Positions 19,058-26,242 of a stretch of DNA of 32,000 bases are shown here, one piece after another. Each line of letters starts with the position of its first letter. Position 1 is the first letter of the stretch. The DNA is taken from NCBI RefSeq assembly GCF_000014265.1, contig NC_008312.1, positions 7,650,001-7,682,000 on the forward strand, written 5' to 3'. Source of the stretch: Trichodesmium erythraeum IMS101. GTDB taxonomy: Bacteria; Cyanobacteriota; Cyanobacteriia; Cyanobacteriales; Microcoleaceae. The position numbers were made by a program, and so were the translations under genes. The notes under the pieces are model-generated. The model saw nothing but the letters and a program-made list of their open reading frames with translations, was not told where the DNA came from and made no database searches.

Positions 19058-19367
19058 TTTATTTAGTTAAATAATATTTAGGTGTTTTAGATTTAGGTTA
19101 GGTTGAGGGTAGCTCATACAAATTATGCCACGGATATAGTAGATTAAGAGTGTAGCAGGGTACCTTCATGAAATGTCAAGTACCCCATACTGCATACTCT
19201 ACAATTATTCTCGGCGCGTTACGCTTTCCTGCGAAATGTTGCGCAAATACTTTTAATGTCGCCCAACGAAACCCACTCTACTGGACTTTAATACCTCTCC
19301 CCATGGCCATCTCCTTCAAGGCGACGGCCAGGGGGGTTAGGTTTCACCCATAGTGTTTCTTGTCTAA

Positions 19368-21188
19368 TTAATTAGGTACAATATTGACCTTAACTTTCAC
19401 CCGTTCCTTAGTATCAGGCAACTTCACAAAAAGTTTATCCGCATCAAAATCACTGTAAGGTTTACCATCAATTTCTACAGAACCAATTTTAATGCTACCA
19501 GGAGGCAGAATATCTGGTGATACTCGTAAAATATTATCAGGGAAACCACTAGGAATAGGCTTAAAATAAAAATCCATTGGCTGCTTAGTAACCAATAGAT
19601 TAGTATAAACTGCAGCTAGATAGCATAATTCTGTAGAGTGATAACCGCTCATAGAGTGGGAACCTTTACCTCGTTCATTACCACTTGCCAAGAAAGGGAT
19701 ACCATTAGCAAGAACATTGAAATAAACCCCACCATCTTCTGTATCCAGAAACCAGGCGTTGTAAAAAGCTGCAGCTTCCCGCCCTAAACGATGATATTCT
19801 TGATCTTTAAGAGTTCCTGCAAGAATATAATAAGCCAGAATAGACTGTTCTTGCTGCCACCAAGCTTTGCGATCATGCCAAACAAAACGATGATTTTTTT
19901 CATCTTCTCCTAATGCTCTTTCCACCACGTCATACCAACCACCTCGTTGTTGATCACTCCCTACTGCTGGCATCACCTCAGCAATTTTCTTTGCCAGTTC
20001 AACATAAGTATCCTTAGGTTTGAGGCTATTCATCCGCATCAAATTCCAAGCAATTTTCATATTGTGACCAATTACTGCCCGGTTTTGCTGCCATCCCCAA
20101 GTATGATCTGCACTCCAGTCTTCAAAGAATTTTTCATTGACAAAGGGGCAGTTTTCGTAATCTGGAAAACGCTTTTCAATAGTATCGAAAGTGTATTCGA
20201 GCATATCTGCATATTCAGGTTTTTCTGTCGCTAACCAGAGATTAATTAGATATGCTGGTGCATGGTCACCAACTGAGTTCCAGTTTTTAGTACCTTTGTT
20301 CCGACCTAATGACTCGCTCAGAGGATCTAGAGTAATAGGATCTAGGTGGGAGTAATAACCACCGCGATCAGTTTTATCTAGAAAAAAGTCGTTGAATAAC
20401 TTAATAGTTTTCTCGGTATCGTCCATTATCCTAGGGTCGCCATTAATGCGATAAGTTTGTAATGGACCTGCCAAGGCATAAATTTGTTCGTAAGCGGGAA
20501 TAGCATCATAGTCATCACCAAATTCTGAAGCGAAAATTTTCTGCTCTCGTTCCCCTTGCACATCGATACCGTGATACCAATAAACTATACCTTCATCTAA
20601 GTCCACAAATCTCATGTGGTCTCTCAGATATTCAGTACCTTTCTCAGCTGCTTCTAGGAAAATTTCTTCCCCAGTCATCATATATGCTGTAGCCATCCCA
20701 TAAACCATCCGGGAGATAGTATCTGTTTCTTGTCGGAAATTCACCTGAGACCTTACACCAGAAAGACTTAAAGTTGTGCGATAGTTGCGGTAGTCTATTT
20801 CTTCACCAGCAAATTGAGCTTTGACATAAAAATTAGCTAGGGAGCGAACCTGGTGTACCCACCAGTTTGATTTTTCAAATATATAGTCATCTGCTTGACG
20901 ACCGACAAATACTATTTGTTTAGCTTCAAATATGGAACTATCTGGGTAAAAAACGCCATAAGTGAATACATACCTACCAGGCACCAGCATCGATCGCATA
21001 GCACCTGTAGCATCTGGGTATGCTTCGTCTAAGTTTTGTACTAGCTTAGCATAACTAGTAGGAGTTAACTTGGCTTTAAATTCTCTGCCATCTGTTGTTT
21101 TGAGCCCAAAAATATCTGTGCCTGAGTCGAAGTTTGTAACATACCCGGCGATCAAGTCGGAAAAAGTAAACTCTACTGGAGTAGTCAT
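19368..21188 (-). CDS. AGE-superfamily (N-acylglucosamine 2-epimerase-like, alpha/alpha-6 barrel) protein with N- and C-terminal extensions
   Basis: A 606-aa ORF with an ATG start. The central roughly 400 aa show repeated aromatic-rich helical hairpin motifs (RMVYGMATAYMMTG, YEQIYALAG, GDHAPAYLINLWLAT, IGHNMKIAWNLMR, WWQQEQSILAYYILAG, GYHSTELCY). These resemble AGE/YihS-type barrels as I recall them. The assignment comes from motif recollection, not from an alignment. Confidence 0.55.
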   Translation of the reverse strand: MTTPVEFTFSDLIAGYVTNFDSGTDIFGLKTTDGREFKAKLTPTSYAKLVQNLDEAYPDATGAMRSMLVPGRYVFTYGVFYPDSSIFEAKQIVFVGRQADDYIFEKSNWWVHQVRSLANFYVKAQFAGEEIDYRNYRTTLSLSGVRSQVNFRQETDTISRMVYGMATAYMMTGEEIFLEAAEKGTEYLRDHMRFVDLDEGIVYWYHGIDVQGEREQKIFASEFGDDYDAIPAYEQIYALAGPLQTYRINGDPRIMDDTEKTIKLFNDFFLDKTDRGGYYSHLDPITLDPLSESLGRNKGTKNWNSVGDHAPAYLINLWLATEKPEYADMLEYTFDTIEKRFPDYENCPFVNEKFFEDWSADHTWGWQQNRAVIGHNMKIAWNLMRMNSLKPKDTYVELAKKIAEVMPAVGSDQQRGGWYDVVERALGEDEKNHRFVWHDRKAWWQQEQSILAYYILAGTLKDQEYHRLGREAAAFYNAWFLDTEDGGVYFNVLANGIPFLASGNERGKGSHSMSGYHSTELCYLAAVYTNLLVTKQPMDFYFKPIPSGFPDNILRVSPDILPPGSIKIGSVEIDGKPYSDFDADKLFVKLPDTKERVKVKVNIVPN

Positions 21189-21390
21189 TTTTTAATTATC
21201 TTTAATTACAAGTTTTTTTAATGTTTTTTGTCTCAGCTAAAAGGTTATTATCAGGACTAACCAACCCAAACAAAAAAAACCGGGTTTATTTCCCTGCATA
21301 TTATTTTTCACTATTATACAATCTTCTTTAATAAAACCTAGGTTATGGGTGACTCCTAATAAAAATAGTATATCTCTAGCTGTTCTCCTA

Positions 21391-21434
21391 AAATTACCCA
21401 AACTTATTCAAGAAATTACCCAAACTTATTCAAG
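21391..21434. promoter_or_regulatory. Perfect 22-nt tandem direct repeat about 200 bp upstream of the AGE-family gene
   Basis: aaattacccaaacttattcaag occurs at 21391-21412 and again immediately at 21413-21434. Confidence 0.4.
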
Positions 21435-21983
21435 AGCATTTTGGTAGCTTAGTTGCTGTTTCACAGCAGACCAGTAACCGCAGCCCGTAAATCTACAATA
21501 GTAGTTACATTATTGCTTGAAACTCAAGCCAACTAACTATTATCATAATTATCTATTGTCAGTTATCAGCAAGGAGTAGGATAATTATTTGTTTTCATCT
21601 CTTGTTGTTGTTGCCTACAGTCAACCATCGTTTTTAACCATAAAGTTTTCTAGGTTGACCGTAGAATTCAAATCTTTCTTAGTAGTCAAAGCACAAGCGC
21701 TAGACTTGTAAGTCTTTAGTCTTTATATTTTCATAGTATTTTCTGGTCATCCCTACTGTTAAAACTTGAATCAAATCAATCAACTATTACTAACTTTGAT
21801 CCATACCACTCATATGAGACTAAAGCTATTAGTTACCTCCTTTAATCAATTAGACATAATCTTTTTATAGTATCACAATCAATATCTAAATCCAATCATT
21901 ATGTCCAATTTTTTTTACTTCATGTCGTTATTCTTGGCACATTATAATTTTCATCAGATGATTCAAAAGAACTACCTTAATAT

Positions 21984-22586
21984 TTAGCTAGCTTCGATCG
22001 CTTCGATAAATTTTTCCATAAATTCATCGGTTACACCAGGGTGCTTTGCTGTGATTAAGTTACCATCAATAACTAATTCTGCCGTTTGTTCCCCATCAAA
22101 TATTACATTAGCTCCAGCATTTTCTACGTCACAAATGATATTATGAGCGCAAGTTACTTTTTTATCTTTAAGCATTTCATTGTCAGCACAAAACAGCCAT
22201 AAACTATGACAAATTGCTCCTAACTTTACATTTTCTGTATTGACTGCATTGCGCAAAAATGCTACTGCTGGTGCTTGGTTTTTTTCGCCTTTTTTAGGGT
22301 TTACCTGATAACGCAACCGATCCATAGCATAAGCACCAATACATATAATACCTTTATAGTCTGAAGGCTTAATATCGTTAACTTCTGTGCTAACTGTCAC
22401 TTTTTCTTCAATAACATTGTTCTCTGGGTTAGAAGCAAAGTGTAATTCTTTTTGCCCCCATAAATGAGTAATATATTCTACTTCATAGCCTTTTTCAGGA
22501 AAAAATTCATTAAATTTACGGTATTCTGTAGAATCAAAGTGGTCTTCAATTAAAACTCCAATTTTGCCTTTTGTTGCTGCCACCAT
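21984..22586 (-). CDS. DJ-1/PfpI-family (class I glutamine-amidotransferase-like) protein
   Basis: A 200-aa ORF with an ATG start and a strong AGGAG Shine-Dalgarno. It has KIGVLIEDHF at the start and the nucleophile-elbow GAICHSLW. The fold pattern ends ...VIDGNLITAKHPG. Confidence 0.75.
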   Translation of the reverse strand: MVAATKGKIGVLIEDHFDSTEYRKFNEFFPEKGYEVEYITHLWGQKELHFASNPENNVIEEKVTVSTEVNDIKPSDYKGIICIGAYAMDRLRYQVNPKKGEKNQAPAVAFLRNAVNTENVKLGAICHSLWLFCADNEMLKDKKVTCAHNIICDVENAGANVIFDGEQTAELVIDGNLITAKHPGVTDEFMEKFIEAIEAS

Positions 22587-23101
22587 TTTTTTTCTCCTGA
22601 TTTTTTTCTGTAGTCTAATGAAAGAATAGTTTAACGTTATTAGGACTTATGTAAATAAACCGGTTTTCTAGGATGGATAAATCGTTGTTTTTAACAATAA
22701 ACATTAATGAAAACAACTAGGTCCCTGGGCTCACCCACATAAGTCCTTGCTATAATATTTAATACTCGGATAATAAGTAAGTAATAAAAAAGCTATTGCT
22801 TGTAGTAGAACTTAGCATAATATAAATCAGGCTTTAGTTCTACTACGAGCCTTAATTATAACTATTCTTCTGGATCTGATATAAGTCCTAGTAAGGCTTT
22901 TTCAGGGTTTCACATTACCATTGTTTATTTGCAAGACTAAAACCTACAATTGTATCCTCAGGAAATGTAACCCCTTTTTCTGATCAATCTAAATATTTTG
23001 GTAGTAATAAACAAGTAATAATGTTTTCCAGTCTACCTTATGACAATTCAAGGAATGTAAAAGTTAACATTCTTAAATATTTAAGACAATCAATGTTTGT
23101 C

Positions 23102-23665
23102 TTATGTCGTAATTAACTTCAATAGTGATTGATCAGCAAACACATCGCGGTAAAACGTTAATTGTTCAGTTTTCAAATAACAACCACCTCTATGACCACG
23201 ACGTACCCAAGTCACATTTCCCTTAGCAATAGTTTCGTTAGTTTCAAGATCCACACTCTTCCATTCAAAATATGTATGTTCTCCATAAAACATGACAATT
23301 GGCCAAGTCATAATAACTCCTGGTTGAGAAATTAATGCCCACCAATGCTTTTCCCGTTCTTTTTGTTGTTCTAGACCCTGATAAGGTCCATCTTGGCAAA
23401 AATAAACTAAATCATTCCGATACTCATCCGTTAAAATATCACCGCGTCCTTGTCTCAAAGCTTCACAATGAGTAGGCCACCAATCTTTATTTTCTTTTTC
23501 TATCTGTTCTAATGTGTAGTCATCTCCGATCGTTGGTAATGTTGCTTCTTTCATCTTGCATATCTTTTCTGCCAAAGCAATCATCTCTTTAGCAACATCA
23601 GTAGCTACTGGAACGGCTCTAGAGTAATCTGCTGCTAAGTCTTTGTAGTAACTTGTGCGTGCCAT
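23102..23665 (-). CDS. Hypothetical protein, possibly NTF2/SnoaL-like fold
   Basis: A 187-aa ORF with an ATG start, 42 nt downstream of the EthD gene, so probably co-transcribed. The C-terminal half (VMFYGEHTYFEWKSVDLETNETIAKGNVTWVRRGHRGGCYLKTEQLTFYRDVF) has the strand pattern of SnoaL-like cone folds. That fold call is weak. Confidence 0.6.
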   Translation of the reverse strand: MARTSYYKDLAADYSRAVPVATDVAKEMIALAEKICKMKEATLPTIGDDYTLEQIEKENKDWWPTHCEALRQGRGDILTDEYRNDLVYFCQDGPYQGLEQQKEREKHWWALISQPGVIMTWPIVMFYGEHTYFEWKSVDLETNETIAKGNVTWVRRGHRGGCYLKTEQLTFYRDVFADQSLLKLITT

Positions 23666-23707
23666 AATATCCCTGTTAATTGTTTTTTTACTTGGAAAAC
23701 TTAAAAA

Positions 23708-24646
23708 TTAATCAGTCAACTGATTCTTCAACATTAGATCAACTATATCATCTTGTAGTTGATTGGCAGCTCCAATATCCATAATTAGTTGTGCTACTGT
23801 TGAACTTCGTTGGCCTGCCAGCGTCATTTTACCATCATTGACAAATGTGTAAGCACTTCTTTCTGGAAATGGTCTTATTTCTTTGACATACTTACTGTGT
23901 TCGCTTACTAAGTTTTTAAAATCTTTAGATGCGAAAAGTAGTTCTAGTTCTAAGCGGTTCCAGTAAGCTATTTCTACAGCAGCTTGATAATTTAGTTCTG
24001 GTAATTCAGAGTGAGATACTCCATCGGCATCTGGTCTTGTGTTATCAACTTCATCAAATAGATGTAATCGTAGTTTCAAGACATGAGCCATCTTGGCTAG
24101 AGCCGGTGCAAAGTTCTCTTTATAGTATGAGCGAAAGTCTTCTAATTTGACTCCATCAGCTTTCCTGATCATACAATGATACTTTTCTAGCCCCAGATAG
24201 CCATTAGGAGAACCATTTTCAATTCCATCTTTAAAAGTAATAGAGTTACCGGGGCTGGTATTATAACCTATGGCTTTACTAAAAATGTTATGCTCATCAT
24301 CCATCAAAATAGTTGCTGCATTGAACCATTTGTTCCGGTCTTCTACTGTTTTAAAGGTTAGCTCAGCAATGCCATCAAAGTTTTCTTCTGCAGAAGAAGC
24401 ATCTACTAAGTCTCCTATACTAGGCCATACTCCCCCATCATTGTGAGCAACATGAAATTGCCAATATTGGTACTGACCTGGTAAACGACCACAAACTGGT
24501 CCGTGAACGTCTCTCCAATAGTCATCAAATAATTTGAGGCTTATTCCTTTTCTTTTCCACAGAAGAACATAGAAAGCTACTTGTGCTTCTTGATCACGAC
24601 TAGAATAGTCAGCAACTTTTCCTTTATTAATCAGAGCTGATACCAT
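23708..24646 (-). CDS. Tandem EthD-like (dimeric alpha-beta barrel) domain protein
   Basis: A 312-aa ORF with an ATG start. It has two halves with the EthD-type signature: VLLWKRKGISLKLFDDYWRDVHGPV and CMIRKADGVKLEDFRSYYKENFAPAL. Confidence 0.6.
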   Translation of the reverse strand: MVSALINKGKVADYSSRDQEAQVAFYVLLWKRKGISLKLFDDYWRDVHGPVCGRLPGQYQYWQFHVAHNDGGVWPSIGDLVDASSAEENFDGIAELTFKTVEDRNKWFNAATILMDDEHNIFSKAIGYNTSPGNSITFKDGIENGSPNGYLGLEKYHCMIRKADGVKLEDFRSYYKENFAPALAKMAHVLKLRLHLFDEVDNTRPDADGVSHSELPELNYQAAVEIAYWNRLELELLFASKDFKNLVSEHSKYVKEIRPFPERSAYTFVNDGKMTLAGQRSSTVAQLIMDIGAANQLQDDIVDLMLKNQLTD

Positions 24647-24877
24647 AGTTTACTATCTTGGCTTTTCAGATATTACAAGTTTATTTATAGTTTTGCTGAA
24701 CTGACCCAAAGATTTTTGAAGCTTGTTTAGTTTAGCTTCAGTGCTTCAATGAGAATCATGCTACTACTATTTGTTATTTAATTTTCTACCAAGATTTTCA
24801 ATTCCTGGCAAATTTACTCTGGACTAGACGAATCAATCATACTCCGAGTTAGTCGAAGCTGTTGAAAATGCTTATGA

Positions 24878-25243
24878 TTATTTTGGTGGGAATAATTCGT
24901 TTAATTCGTCTTTTAATTCTCCGAGAGCCCCGAAGCAACCTGCTGCTTTATTAAATCCTGCATAAACACAGGTAAATACTAGCAATTCCTCTATTTCCTC
25001 AAAAGTAGCTCCTTGAGACATTGCCATTTTAACATGAGCACCAAATGGGTTTCCAGGACCTACATGATCTTGATTAACTACATCTATTGCTACTGTAATT
25101 AGAGCTTTGGTTTTTTGGTCTATTATTGGTAGACCCCATGCTTCACCTGCTACACGAGTACAAAAGTCCCCAAATTTGGGATTGATACTATTTAAGCCTT
25201 CTTGCAGTGCTTTGTCATCTAATACTGCGTTCTTGTATGCCAT
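24878..25243 (-). CDS. Carboxymuconolactone decarboxylase-family (AhpD-like) protein
   Basis: A 121-aa ORF with an ATG start. Its motifs are WG..IIDQKTKALI.VAIDV, H......GAT.EEI.E.L and YAGFNKA, typical of small CMD-family proteins. Confidence 0.8.
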   Translation of the reverse strand: MAYKNAVLDDKALQEGLNSINPKFGDFCTRVAGEAWGLPIIDQKTKALITVAIDVVNQDHVGPGNPFGAHVKMAMSQGATFEEIEELLVFTCVYAGFNKAAGCFGALGELKDELNELFPPK

Positions 25244-25246
25244 AGT

Positions 25247-25293
25247 TATCTGTTTAATTTTTCTAGCTTTTATCTATTTAATTTTTCTAGCTT
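25247..25293. promoter_or_regulatory. 23-nt tandem direct repeat abutting the CMD-family start codon
   Basis: tatctgtttaatttttctagctt (25247-25269) and tatctatttaatttttctagctt (25271-25293) differ at one position, with a period of 24. The repeat begins 3 nt upstream (minus-strand sense) of the ATG at 25243. Confidence 0.4.
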
Positions 25294-26242
25294 AACTGTA
25301 GTCTTTTTTCTACATTTAAGGTATATTTAAGGATCTAGTTCAAATTAATTAGCGTTATCTAAGATTATCCTCTTCTGACACAGTTGAACATTTAAAATTT
25401 TGTGATCAACTCATCAGTTATGAAGTCGTTATATGATGGCCACTAAGAATAAATTTCAGACAATGTGGACAAACAATTCATAATCCATGATCCTGACCCT
25501 TTGGTTTTAGTTTTTCAACTATAAATACTTAATATTTGCGCTAAAAAATTTTTTTCCACTATATATATTACTATAGTGCTGACATTTTTTTATTTTTGGT
25601 GGTAATTAATTGAAATAAATGTAGGATCACTGACAAAGTCATAAACGTCATCCATCAATTTCTTGATGTACTACCCAAGAAACAAAAAATATATTCTGTA
25701 AAGAAGTTTAATATTTTTTTAATAAATATTTTAAATTTATAATTTATTATATTTGTTTAAGTAAAAGTTAATTATGTAGTAAGTAGTAGGTTGCATTCGA
25801 GTAGAAGTTAATTTGAATCTTTAGTGCTGGCAGAAACCCAATAACAACAACATTATTGAGGGTGCTTTACTAGTTTTATGATTATAGACTGAAAGGTTCA
25901 ACAAATCGATTAGCTTAAGTCGGTAGCCCAATATTTTATGATAATTCAAGGGTTGTATCAACCAATACCCTGACATCTTTAGGACTAGCAAATAGATTTA
26001 TTAGTCCCAGACAGGCAGTATAAGACAAACAGAAGCAGAGGCAGGCGTAGCTAACCTCGACCCCCTTCCAAGAGGGTGACTAAAGGTGCGGGTAATCTAT
26101 TTGAGGAGAGCTTTGCGCCAGAAAGCAAAACGTTAATCTGCGCTTGAACTTTGACTCTTGTTGAAATCCTTAGGCTTTTAGGACAGTAAAAATATCCATA
26201 TTAATCATTGTACTTAGTTTAACGGAGTAAAAATTAATAATT

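Noticed and set aside
19168-19353. Track ORF of 61 aa (+ strand) in the AGE-STAS spacer
   Set aside because: It has no Shine-Dalgarno. It runs opposite to all neighbours and its composition is driven by a GC-rich repeat-like island. It is treated as non-coding.
26087-26100. GTGCG-like string (ggtgcgggtaatc) as a possible group II intron 5' end
   Set aside because: There is no domain V-like sequence, no intron-encoded reverse transcriptase/maturase ORF, and no matching exon-binding context anywhere nearby.
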